Assembly: GCA_035221665.1 (NCBI GenBank) | Contig: CM069153.1 | Span: forward strand, 32,612,001 to 32,676,000 | Direction of reading: 5' to 3' | Source: Okamejei kenojei | Taxonomy: Eukaryota | DNA: 64,000 bases | Shown here: piece by piece, positions 49,044 through 61,800 of the stretch | Layout of the letters: each line of letters starts with the position of its first letter | Position numbering within the stretch: position 1 is the stretch's first letter | Notes under the pieces: model-generated | Told to the model about the DNA's origin: nothing | The model's input: only the letters and a program-made list of their open reading frames with translations | The model's database searches: none | Made by a program: the position numbers and the translations under genes

Positions 49044-51068
49044 CTCAGGATCTCTTCCACAGAGCTGTTGGAAGAGAAGGAGGGGGAGGAGCGACACCCG
49101 ACCGGTAAGGTTTAAAATCAAGCGCGGGGCTTGTTTTTACCTAAATCCATAACGTTCCATTCGGAGAAGTGGTTTTTTTGAGGAAGCCGCTGATTGGTGG
49201 GAAGTGGACTAGGGTAAGCAGCTGATTGGTGGGAAGTGGACTAGGGTAAGCAGCTGATTGGCGATCAGATTTCAGCAGTTTGTAGTGATTTCATATTGTG
49301 TTGATGTTGTATCCTGTGTAAGGGGGGAGTACCCCTGTGACTGTGTTTGAGTACGACCTGTCTTGATGCTGTAGCCTTCAGGGGATTGTCCACACCAGGT
49401 GTGTCAAGACTAAAGGACTGTGTTAGGTGGAGCAGCAGCTCGATGACCTCCGTCTGGTGTGAGGAGGTCATAGAGAGGAGCTACAGGGAGGTAGTCACTG
49501 CAGACAAGTGGGTCACGGCAAGGGGCAGAGGCACTAGATAGTACCCCTGTGACTGTACACCTGGAAAATAGGTACTCGGGTTTGAGTGCGATTGGAGGGG
49601 ACAGTCTACCTGGGGGCAGCAACAGCGGCCGGGCCTCCGGCACAGAGACCGGCCCTGATGCTCAGAAGGGTAGCAAAAAGAGGAGGGCAATTGTAGGGGT
49701 CTCTATAGTTAGGTCGGATGGGCGATTCTGTGGACGCCAGACCCATGGTAGTTTGCCTCCCTGGTGCCAGGGTCTCGCATGTCTCGGAACGTGTCCAAAA
49801 GATTCTGAAAAGGGAGGGAGAGGAGCCTGATGTTGTGGTACACATAGGTACCAATGACATAGGCAGAAAAAGAGACGAGGTCCTGAAGGGAGAATTTAGG
49901 GAGTTGGGAGGAAAGTTAAGGAGAAGGACCAAAAGGGTAACGATTTCAAGATTACTGCCTGTGCCGCGTGACAGTGAGAGTAGGAATGGAATGAGGTGGA
50001 GGATAAATGCGTGGCTGAGGGACTGGTGCAGTGGGCAGGATTCAAGTTTCTTGATCACTGGGACCTCTTTTGGGGAAGGCATGATCTGTACAAAAAGGAC
50101 GGGTTGCACTTGAACCCGAGGGGGACCAATATCCTGGCAGGGAGATTTGCAAAGGCTACTGGGGAGACTTTAAACTAGAAAGACTGGGGGGAGGGACTCG
50201 GGTAGAGGGGGCTAGGGGACAGGGTGTGGGGCAAGAGGCAGAGAAGGGAAGCACTCGGACCCAAAATGTAGGCGAGAAAGAGGAAAAAGATAATGGACAG
50301 AGAATAAGGGATGGTGGGTTTCTAAAATGTGTATATTTTAATGCTAGGAGCATTGTAAGAAAGGTGGATGAACTTAGAGCCTGGATTGACACCTGCAAAT
50401 ATGATGTTGTGGCAATCAGTGAAACACGGTTGCAGGAGGGCTGTGATTGGACACTAAATATTCCAGGATTTTGTTGCTTCAGGTGTGATAGAATTGGAGG
50501 GACCAGAGGTGGAGGTGTTGCATTGCTTGTCAGAGAGGATATTACAGCAGTGCTTTGGCAGGATAGATTAGAGGGCTCGTCTAGGGAGGCTATTTGGGTG
50601 GAACTGAGAAGTGGGAATGGTGCAGCAACACTTTTAGGGGTGTATTATAGACCGCCAAATGGGGAACGAGAATTGGAAGAGCAAATATGCAAGGAGATAG
50701 CAGATATTGGTAGTAAGCACAAGGTAGTGATTGTGGGAGATTTCAATTTTCCAAAAATAGACTGGGAAACACATTCTGTAAATGGGCTGGATGGTTTGGA
50801 GTTTGAAAAATGTGCGCAGGATAGTTTTTTGCAGCAGTGCATAGAGGTATCGACCAGAGAAGGGACCTCCTGTTAGGAAATGAGGCAGGTCAGGTGACAG
50901 AGGTATGCGTTGGTGAGCACTTCGGGACCAGTGATCACAATACCATTAGTTTCAATATAATTATGGAGAGAGTCAGAACTGGACCTAGGGTGGAGATTTT
51001 TGATTGGAGAAAGGCTAACTTTGAGGGAATGCGTAAGGATTTAAAAGGAGTGAATTGGGACACTTTGT
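49044..51068 (+). mobile_element. CR1 family A 5' portion: 5'UTR, rearranged ORF1 (SGNH esterase) and APE domain
   Basis: VHIGTND and KKDGLHLN (SGNH blocks), then CVYFNARSI...VAISET...GDFNFP. Confidence 0.88.
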
Positions 51069-52075
51069 GACACTTTCATATGAGGAAAGCCTGGATAGAC
51101 TTGGCTTGTACTCGCTAGAATTTAGAAGACTGAGGGGGGATCTTATAGAAACTTACAAAATTCTTAAGGGGTTGGATAGGCTAAATGCAGGAAGACTGTT
51201 CCTGATGTTGGGGAGGTCCAGAACAAGGCGTCACGGTCTAAGGAAAAGGGGAATTCCTTTAGGACCCAGATGAGGAAAACATCTTTCACACAGAGAGTGG
51301 TGAGTCTCTGGAATTCTCTGCCACAGAAGGTGGTTGAGGCCAGTTCATTGGCTATATTTAAGAGGGAGTTGTTAGATATGGCCCTTGTGGCTAAAGGGAT
51401 CAGGGGGTATGGAGAGAAGGCGGTACAGGCTACTGAGTTGGATGATCAGCCATGATCATATTGAATGGCGGTGCAGGCTCGAAGGGCCGAATGGCCTACT
51501 CCTGCACCTATTTTCTATGTTTCTATGTTTCTATTAGCTCTGCAGGAGAGGATTCCCTCTGGTGGTCACTTGTAGCAAGAGCATCATATGATTGGGACTG
51601 GGAACTGGCAGAGCTTTGTCTGTGCAGCTGCCACCTTTGGTTGGAACTCATGTGGTATAACTGGACTTGGCAAATCATTGAGAATGCAGTGATCCTACCT
51701 TTTTATACTGTAACCTTGCTCAACACAGACTTGGAATATTTTGTAAGTTACTCGGGGTCTGGATGTCACAGCATTTTGGGTATTACATTTTGATCCCTGG
51801 TAAGTTGGTCTAAAAGATTATCTCTTAATTCACTTTTTTTTGCCAATTATTTTTGCCAATTTTTGAAACTATTTCCTCTGGTGACTGTCCCTTTGCCAAT
51901 GCAAAGGGTTTGGTCTCTGTTGCACAACAGGAATGAACTGTGGAATTACAATTCATCTGAGGCAAGCAAAAGCATTTTAAAGATGGCTGGCCCTGTTCCT
52001 CTTCTAAGCCTGCATTGTGCTCATATCAGAATGGAGGAACTCGGTCCGCAACTTTGTGGTGTCAGATGTGATAGT
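51069..52075 (+). repeat. Duplicated block (CR1-B 3' end plus ~500 bp of non-repeat sequence), copy 1
   Basis: Near-identical to 62814-63745, including non-TE sequence agctctgcaggagaggattccc...cagatgtgatagtgt. Confidence 0.92.
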
Positions 52076-52129
52076 GTGTTTAAGAAGCTTTTAGATATTG
52101 AAGTGTAGGGAATAGAGGGATATGGATCC

Positions 52130-54742
52130 CTCAGGATCTCTTCCACAGAGCCGTTGGAAGAGAAGGAGTGGGAGGAGCGACACCCGACCGGTAAGGTTTA
52201 AAGTCAAGCGCGGGGCTTGTTTTTACCTAAATCCATAACGTTCCATTCGGAGAAGTGTTTTTTTTGAGGAAGCCGCTGATTGGTGGGAAGTTGACTAGGG
52301 TAAGCAGCTGATTGGTGGGAAGTGGACTAGGGTAAGCAGCTGATTGGCGATCAGATTTCAGCAGTTTGTAGTGATTTCATATTGTGTTGATGTTGTATCC
52401 TGTGTAAGGGGGGAGTACCCCTGTGACTGTACACCTGGAAAATAGGTACTAGGGTTTGAGTACGATTGGAGGGGACAGCCTACCTGGGGGCAGCAACAGC
52501 GGCCGGGCCTCCGGCACAGAGACCGGCCCTGATGCTCAGAAGGGTAGCAAAAAGAGGAGGGCAATTGTAATGGGGGTAAGGGGGGAAAACAAATGGTCGG
52601 CACGGACTGGAAGGGCCGAGAGGGCCTGTTTCCGTGCTGTAATTGTTATATGGTTAAGAGTACAGAATCTTTATGTCCCTGTTAGGTTGAAAGGAAATAG
52701 TAAAAATTGGAAAGAGCCATGGTTTTCAAGGGAAATTGGACACTTGTTTCGAAAAAAGAGAGATATCTACAATAATTATAGGAGGCATGGAGTAAATGAG
52801 GTGCTAGAGGAGTATAAAGAATGTAAAAAGAATCTTAAGAAAGAAATTAGGAAGGCTAAAAGAAGACATGAGGTTGCTTTGGCAAGAAAGGTGAAAGTAA
52901 ATCCAAAGGGTTTCTACAGCTATATTAATAGCAAAAGGATAACGAGGGATAAAATTGGACCATTAGAGAACCAGAATGGACAGCTATCTGCAGAGCCAAA
53001 AGAGATGGGGGAGATATTGAACAATTTATTTTCTTCGGTATTCACCAAGGAGAAGGATATTGAACTCTGTGAGTTAAGGGGAAAAAAGTAGAGTAGCTAT
53101 GGAAAATTATGAGATTCAAAGAGGAGGAAGTACTGACACTTTTGAAAAATATAAAAGTGGATAAGTCTCCAGGTCCTGAGAGGATATTCCCTAGGACATT
53201 GAGGGAAGTTAGTGTAGAAATAGCAGGAGCTATGACAGAAATATTTCAAATGTCATTAGAAACGGGAATAGTGCCGGAGGATTGGATGTACTGCGCATGT
53301 TGTTCCATTGTTTTAAAAAGGGTTCAAAGAATAAACCTAGCAATTATAGACCTATTAGTTTGACGTCAGTGGTGGGCAAATTAATGGAAAGGATACTTAG
53401 AGATAATATATATAAGCATCTGGATAAACAGGGTCTGATCAGGAACAGTCAACATGGATTTGTGCCTGGAAGGTCATGTTTGACAAACCTTACTGAATTT
53501 TTTGAAGCGGTAACTAGGGAAATTGATGATGGTAAAGCAGTGGATGTTGTCTACATGGATTTCAGTAAGGCCTTTGACAAGGTTCCCCATGGAAGGTTGG
53601 TTAAGAAGGTTCAATCTTTGGGTGTTAATGGCGGAGTAGCAAGATGGATTCAACAGTGGCTGAATGGGAGATGTCAGAGAGTAATGGTGGATGGCTGTTT
53701 GTCAGGTTGGAAGCCGGTGACCAGTGGGGTGCCTCAGGGATCTGTGTTGGGTCCACTGTTGTTTGTCATGTACATCAATGATCTGGATGATGGGGTGGAA
53801 AATTGGATAAGTAAGTATGCAGATGATACTAAGATAGGTGGTGTTGTGGATAATGAAGTAGATTTTCAAAGTCTACAGAGATATTTGGGCCATTTGGAAA
53901 AGTGGGCTGAAAGATGGCAGATGGAGTTTAATGCTGTTAAGTGTGAAGTGCTATATCTTGGCAGGACAAATCAAAATAGGACGTACATGGTAAATGGTAA
54001 GGAATTGAGGAATGCTGTGGAACAGAGGGATCTAGGAATAACTGTGCATAGTTCCCTGAAGGTGGAATCGCATGTAGATAGGGCGGTAAAGAAAGCCTTT
54101 GGTGTGCTGGCCTTTATAAATCAGAGCATTGAATATAGGAGTAGGGAAGTAATGTTAAAATTGTTCAAGGCATTGGTAAGACCAATTCTGGAGTATGGTG
54201 TACAATTTTGGTCGCCTAATTATAGGAAGATTGTCAACAAAATAGAGAGAGTACAGAGGAGATTTACTAGAATGTTGCCAGGGTTCCAGCAACTATGTTA
54301 CAGAGAAAGGTTGAACAAGTTAGGTCTTTATTCTTTGGAGCGCAGAAGGTTAAGGGGGGACTTGATTGAGGTCTTTAAAATGATGAAAGGGATAGACAGA
54401 GTTGACGTGGATAAGCTTTTCCCATTGAGGGTAGGGAAGATTCAAACAAGAGGGCATGACATGAGAATCAAGGGACAGAAGTTTAGGGGTAACGTGAGGG
54501 GAAACTTCTTTACTCAGAGGGTGGAGGCTGTGTGGAATGAGCTTCCAGCAGAAGTGGTGGAGGCAGGATCGATTTTAACATTTAAAAGTAAAGTGGATAG
54601 GTATATGGACGTGAAGGGAATGGAGGGGTATGGTCTGAGTGCAGGTAGATGGGACTAGGGGAAAACAAATGGTCGGCATGGACTGGAAGGGCCGAGTGGG
54701 CCTGTTTCCGTGCTGTAATTGTTATATGGTTATATGGTTATA
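52130..54742 (+). mobile_element. CR1 family A composite: 5'UTR, ORF1 fragment, internal 3' tail (52571-52655), ORF2 RT half and tail
   Basis: Duplicate of the 49044 5'UTR. 458-aa open RT segment with KYADD and an (atatggtt)n tail. Confidence 0.9.
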
Positions 54743-57700
54743 TGAAGGCAAGGGCAGTGTACTGTTCTGGATGTCAGATGTGGGAGGTCAGGGAATCTGA
54801 TAGCCCTCCAGATGTCCACATCTGCGCCAGGTGTGTCGAGATGGGGCTCCTAAAGGACTGTGTTAGGAACCTGGAGCAGCAGCTCGATGACCTCCGTCTG
54901 GTCAGGGAGAGTGAGGAGGTCATAGAGAGGAGCTACAGGGAGGTAGTCACTCCCAGACCACAGGAGGCAGACAAGAGGGTCACGGTTAGGAAGGGCAAGG
55001 GGCAGAGGCAGGGGCTAGAGAGTACCCCTGTGTCTGTACACCTGGAAAATAGGTACTCGGGTTTGAGTGCGATTGGAGGGGACAGCCTACCTGGGGGCAG
55101 CAACAGCGGCCGGGCCTCCGGCACAGAAACCGGCCCTGATGCTCAGAAGGGTAGCAAAAAGAGGAGGGCAATTGTAATAGGGGACTCTATAGTTAGGGGG
55201 TCGGATGGGCGATTCTGTAGACGCAGTCGGGAGACCCGGATGGTAGTTTGCCTCCCTGGTGCCAGGGTCTCGCATGTGTCGGAACGTGTGCAAAAGATTC
55301 TGAAAAGGGAGAGGAGCCTGATGTTGTGGTACACATAGGTACCAATGACATAGGCAGAAAAAGAGACGAGGTCCTGAAGGGAGAATTTAGGGAGTTGGGG
55401 GAAAGTTAAGGAGAAGGACCAAAAGGGTAACGATTTCAAGATTACTGCCTGTGCCGCGTGACAGTGAGAGTAGGAATGGAATGAGGTGGAGGCTAAATGC
55501 GTGGCTGAGGGACTGGTGCAGTGGGCAGGGATTCAAGTTCTTGATCACTGGGACCTCTTTTGGGGAAGGCATGATCTGTACAAAAAGGACGGGTTGCACT
55601 TGAACCCGAGGGGGACCAATATCCTGGCAGGGAGATTCGCAAAGGCTACTGGGAAGACTTTAAACTAGAAAGGCTGGGGGGAGGGACTCGGGTAGTGGGG
55701 GCTAGGGGTCAGGGTGTGGGGCAAGAGGCAGAGAAGGGAAGCACTCGGACCCAAAATGTAGGCGAGAAAGAGGAAAAAGATAATGGACAGAGAATAAGGG
55801 ATGGTGGGTTTCTAAAATGTGTATATTTTAAAGCTAGGAGCATTGTAAGAAAGGTGGATGAACTTAGAGCCTGGATTGACACCTGGAAATATGATGTTGT
55901 GGCAATCAGTGAAAGACGGTTGCAGGAGGGCTGTGATTGGAAACTAAATATTCCAGGATTTTGTTGCTTCAGGTTTGATTGAATTGGAGGGACCAGAGGT
56001 GGAGGTGTTGCATTGCTTGTCAGAGAGGATATTACTGCAGTGCTTTGGCAGGATAGATTAGAGGGCTCGTCTAGGGAGGCTATTTGTGTGGAAATGAGAA
56101 GTGGGAACGGTGTAGCAACACTTTTAGGGGTGTATTATAGACCGCCAAATGGTGAGCGAGAATTGGAAGAGCAAACATGCAAGGAGATAGCAGATATTAG
56201 TAGTAAGCACAAGGTCGTGATTGTGGGAGATTTCAATTTTCCAAAAATAGACTGGGAAACACATTCTGTAAATGGGCTGGATGGTTTGGAGTTTGTAAAA
56301 TGTGTGCAGGATAGTTTTTTGCAGCAGTACATAGAGGTATTGACCAGAGAAGGGGCAGTGCTGGACCTCTTGTTAGGAAATGAGGCAGGTCAGGTGACAG
56401 AGGTATGCGTTGGTGAGCACTTCGGGACCAGTGATCACAATACCATTAGTTTCAATATAATTATGGAGAGAGTCAGAACTGGACCTAGGGTGGAGATTTT
56501 TGATTGGAGAAAGGCTAACTTTGAGGGAATGCGTAAGGATTTAAAAGGAGTGAATTGGGACACTTTGTTTTATGGGAAGGATGTAGAAGAGAAATGGAGG
56601 ACATTTAAAGGGGAAATTGTAAGAGTACAGAATCTTTATGTCCCTGTTAGGTTGAAAGGAAATAGTAAAAATTTGAAAGAGCCATAGTTTTCAAGGGAAA
56701 TTGGACACTTGTTTCGAAAAAAGGGAGATATCTACAATAACCATAGGAGGCATGGAGTAAATGAGGTGCTAGAGGAGTATAAAGAATGTAAAAATAATCT
56801 TAAGAAAGAAATTAGGAAGGCTAAAAGAAGATATGAGGTTGCTTTGGCAAGAAAGGTGAAAGTAAATCCAAAGGGTTTCTACAGCTATATTAATAGCAAA
56901 AGGATAATGAGGGATAAAATTGGACCATTAGAGAGCCAGAATGGACAGCTATCTGCAGAGCAAAAAGAAATGGGGGAGATATTGAACAATTTCTTTTCTT
57001 TGGTATTCACCAAAGAGAAGGATATTGAACTCTGTGAGTTAAGGGGAAAAAGTAGAGTAGCTATGGAAACTATGAGATTCAAAGAGGAGGAAGTACTGAC
57101 ACTTTTGAAAAATATAAAAGTGGCAAAGTCTCCAGGTCCTGACAGGATATACCCTAGGACATTGAGGGAAGTTAGTGTAGAAATAGCAGGTGCTATGACA
57201 GAAATATTTCAAATGTCATTAGAAACGGGAATAGTGCCGGAGGATTGGCATACTGCGCATGTTGTTCCATTGTTTAAAAAGGGTTCAAAGAATAAACCTA
57301 GCAATTATAGATCTGTTAGTTTGACGTCAGTGGTGGGCAAATTAATGGAAAGGATACTTAGAGATAATATATATAAGCATCTGGATAAACAGGGTCTGAT
57401 CAGGAACAGTCAACATGGATTTGTGCCTGGAAGGTCATGTTTGACAAACCTTGAATTTTTTGAAGCGGTTACTAGGGAAATTGATGAGGGTAAAGCAGTG
57501 GATGTTGTCTATATGGATTTCAGTAAGGCCTTTGACAAGGTTCCCCATGGAAGGTTGATTAAGAAGGTTCAATCTTTGGGTGTTAATGGCGGAGTAGCAA
57601 GATGGATTCAACAGTGGCTGAATGGGAGATGTCAGAGAGTAATGGTGGATGGCTGTTTGTCAGGTTGGAAGCCGGTGACCAGTGGGGTGCCTCAGGGATC

Positions 57701-58452
57701 TGTGTTGGGTCCACTGTTGTTTGTCATGTACATCAATGATCTGGATGATGGGGTGGAAAATTGGATAAGTAAGTATGCAGATGATACTAAGATAGGTGGT
57801 GTTGTGGATAATGAAGTAGATTTTCAAAATCTACAGAGAGATTTGGGCCATTTGGAAAAGTGGTCTGAAAGATGGCAGATGGAGTTTAATGCTGATAAGT
57901 GTGAAGTGCTACATCTTGGCAGGACAAATCAAAATAGGACGTACATGGTAAATGGTAGGGAATTGAGGAATGCTGTGGAACAGAGAGATCTGGGAATAAC
58001 TGTGCATAGTTCCCTGAAGGTGGAATCGCATGTAGATAGGGTGGTAAAGAAAGCCTTTGGTGTGCTGGCCTTTATAAATCAGAGCATTGAATATAGGAGT
58101 AGGGAAGTAATGTTAAAATTGTACAAGGCATTGGTAAGACCAATTCTGGAGTATGGTGTACAATTTTGGTCGCCTAATTATAAGAAGGATGTCAACAAAA
58201 TAGAGAGAGTACAGAGGAGATTTACTAGAATGTTGCCTGGGTTCCAGCAACTATGTTACAGAGAAAGGTTGAACAAGTTAGGTCTTTATTCTTTGGAGCA
58301 CAGAAGGTTAAGGGGGGACTTGATTGAAGTCTTTAAAATGATGAAAGGGATAGACAGAGTTGACGTGGATAAGCTTTTCCCATTGAGGGTAGGGAAGATT
58401 CAAACAAGAGGGCATGACATGAGAATTAAGGGACAGAAGTTTAGGGGTAACG
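54742..58452 (+). mobile_element. CR1 family A element from the ORF1 ATG to near the ORF2 end, truncated by a V-SINE fragment (58452-58560)
   Basis: ORF1 has CxxC...CxxC, a leucine zipper and GDS/GTND/DGLH esterase motifs. ORF2 has APE and a 612-aa RT segment. Frameshifts and stops are present. Confidence 0.93.
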
Positions 58453-58899
58453 TATGGAGTTTGTACGTTCTCCCCATGATCTGCATGGGTTTTCTCCGAG
58501 ATCTTCGGTTTCCTCCCACACTCCAGACGTACAGGTTTGTAGGTTAATTGGCTTGATTAATTGGCCAATAATTGGCCATAATTGATAATAATGTTAAATT
58601 GTCCAAGTTGGCGATATGCAGAGTACTGCCCTGCCGACTATAAAATTCGGACGGTTCAGAAGGAATGGCGGTGCTGGCTCGAAGGGCCGAATGGCCTACT
58701 CCTGCACCTATTGTCTATTCTCTATGTTCTTTGTTCCAGTCTTCTCATAATCTAAGGATGTGGATCACCACTCTTATAATCTTCCTCATTGCGGCCCTTG
58801 CACTTTTTAGTCTGCAGTTTCTCTGTAGCTGTAACACTATAATCTGTACTCTGTTTATTTGGTAAGTTTGGCATGTCTTCTATTTTACTACAATCAATC

Positions 58900-61800
58900 G
58901 CAACAGTAGGCCCAGGAGTCGTTGGTGAGGGAGGAGCGACGTCCGAGCGGTGAGTGTCAAAACCCAGCGCGGGGATTTGTTTTTACAGAGGCCCAGGAGT
59001 CGTTGGTGAGGGAGGAGCGTCGTCCGAGCGGTGAGGGAAATCCGTAACGTTCTAAATCTGTAATGTTCCATTCAATTAACTGGGCTTGAGGAAGCCGCTG
59101 ATTGGTGGACTTTGGTACGCAGTTGATTGGCAGTCAGATTCCAGCAGTTTGTAGTGTACTGTATTTTGTATTGTATTTTTGTATTGCATACTGTATTTTG
59201 TGTTGTATCTAGGGTAAGGGAAGTATGAGTGCCAGGGCAGCTTACTGTTCTGGATGTCAGATGTGGGAGGTCATGGAGTCGGGGAGCCCTCCAGACGTCC
59301 ACATCTGCGCCAGGTGCATCGAGATGGGGCTCCTAAAGGAGTGTGTTAGGAACCTGGAGCAGCAGCTCGATGACCTCCGTCTGGTCAGGGAGAGTGAGGA
59401 GGTCATAGAGAGGAGTTACAGGGAGGTAGTCTCTCCAAAACCACAGGAGGCAGACACGTGGGTTACGATTAGGAAAGGCAAGGGGCAGAGGCAGGCACTA
59501 GAGAGTACACCAGTGGCTGTACACCTTAGAAACAAGTACTCCTGTTTGAGTGCTGTTGGGGGGGACAGCCTACCTGGGGGTAGCAACAGCGACCTGGCCT
59601 GCAGTACAGACACCGGCCCTGTTGCTCAGAAGGGTAAGGAAAAGAAGAGGAGGCATTAGTAATAGGGGACTCTATAGTTAGGGGGTCAGATTGGCGATTC
59701 TGTGGATGCAGTCCGGAGACCCGGATGGTAGTTTGCCTCCCTGGTGCCAGGGTCCGGGATGTGTCTGAACGTGTGCAAGATATCCTGAAAAGGGAGGGAG
59801 AGGAGCCTGAGGTCGTGGTACATATTGGTACCAATGACATAGGTAAAAAAAGAGAAGAGATCCTGAAAGGAGAATTTAGGGAGTTAGGAAGAAAGTTAAG
59901 GAAAAGAACTGCAAAGATAACAATCTCAGGATTATTTCTGTGCCACGCGACAGTGGGAGTAGGTATGGAGCAATGGAATGAGGTGGAGGATAAATGCCTG
60001 GCTGAAGGACTGGTGCAGTGATTCAAGTTTCTGGATCAATGGAACCTCTTTTGGGGAAGGAATGACCTGTATAAAAAGGACGGGTTGCACTTGAACCCGA
60101 GGGGGACCAGTATCCTCGCAGGGAAATTGGCAAAGGCTACCGGGGGGACTTTAAACTAGAACGGTTGGGGGGAGGGACTCAAATAGACAAAGCCAATAGA
60201 CAGGGTCTGAGGCAGGAGGCAGAGAAGGGAAGCACCCAGACCCAACATGTAGGGGGGAAAGAAGAAAAAATAATAAACAGAGAATAAGAGGTGGTGGGTT
60301 TCCAGGGCAAAAATCAAAAGGAACCACTTGTCAACATAATTGTATAAGGAGTAAGAGTGTTGTAAAAACAAGCCTGAAGGCTTTGTGTCTCAATGCAAGG
60401 AGCATTCGTAATAAGGTGGACAAGTTGAATGTGCAGATAGCTATTAATGACTATGCTATAGTCATTAATCACGGAGACATGGCTCCAGGGGGACCAAGGC
60501 TGGGAGCTGAACATCCAGGGATATTCAATATTCAGGAGGGATAGACAGAAAGGAAAGGGAGGTGGGGTAGCGTTGCTGGTGAGAGAGGAGGTTAATGCAA
60601 TAGAAAGGAAGGACATTAGCTTGGAGGATGTGGAGTCGATATGGGTAGAGCTGCGAATCTCTAAGGGGCAGAAAACACTAGTGGGAGTTGTGTACAGGCC
60701 ACCTAACAGTAGTAGTGGAGTTGGGGATGGCATCAAACAGGAAATTAGAAATGCGTGCAACAAGGGTAAAACAGTTATAGTGGGTGACTTCAATCTACAT
60801 ATAGATTGGGTGAATCAAATGGGCAGGGGTGCTGAGGAAGAGGATTTCTTGGAATGTATGCGGGATAGTTTTCTAAACAAACATGTAGAGGAACCAACGA
60901 GAGAGCAGGCTATTCTAGACTGGGTATTGAGTAATGAGGAAGGGTTAGTTAGCAGTCTTGTTGTGCGTGGCCCCTTGGCAAGAGTGACCATAATATGGTT
61001 GAGTTCTTCATTAGGAGGGAGAGTGACATAATTAAGTCAGAAACAAGGGTTCTGAACTTAAACAAAGGTAACTGAAGGAATGAGACGTGAATTGGCCAAG
61101 AAAGACTGGCAAGTGATTCTTAAAGGGTTGACAGTGGATGTGCAATGGAAGGTATTTAAAGACTGCATGGATGAACTACAACAATTGTTCATCCCAGTTT
61201 GGCAAAAGAATAAATCAGGGAAGGTAGTGCATCCATGGATAACAAGGGAAATCAGGGATAGTATAAAAACAAAAGATGAAGCATACAAATTAGCCAGAAA
61301 AAGCAGCCTACCAGAGGACTGGGAGAAATTCAGAGTCCAGCAGAGGAGGACAAAGGGCTTAATTAGGAAAGGGAAAATAGATTATGAAAGAAAACTGGCA
61401 GGGAACATAAAAACTAACTGCAAAAGTTTTTATAGATATGTGAAGAGGAAGAGATTAGTTAAAACAAATGTAGGTCCCTTGCAGTCAGAAACAGGTGAAT
61501 CGATCATGGGGAGCAAGGACATGGCAGACCAATTGAATAACTACTTTGGTTCTGTCTTCACTAAGGAAGACATAAATAATCTGCCGGAAATAGCAGGGGA
61601 CCGGGGGTCAAATAAGGTGGAGGAACTGAGTGAAATCCAGGTTAGCCGGGAAGTGGTGTTGGGTAAATTGAATGGATTAAAGGCTGATAAAACCCCAGGG
61701 CCAGATAGTCTGCATCCCAGAGTACTCAAGGAAGTAGCCACAGAAATAGTGGATGCATTAGTGATAAATTTTCAAAACTCCTTAGATTCTGGAGTAGTTC

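Noticed and set aside
56709-58547. 612-aa RT ORF as an active retrotransposon or domesticated gene
   Set aside because: It has an upstream in-frame stop, frameshifted ORF1/APE, and a C-terminus replaced by SINE sequence.
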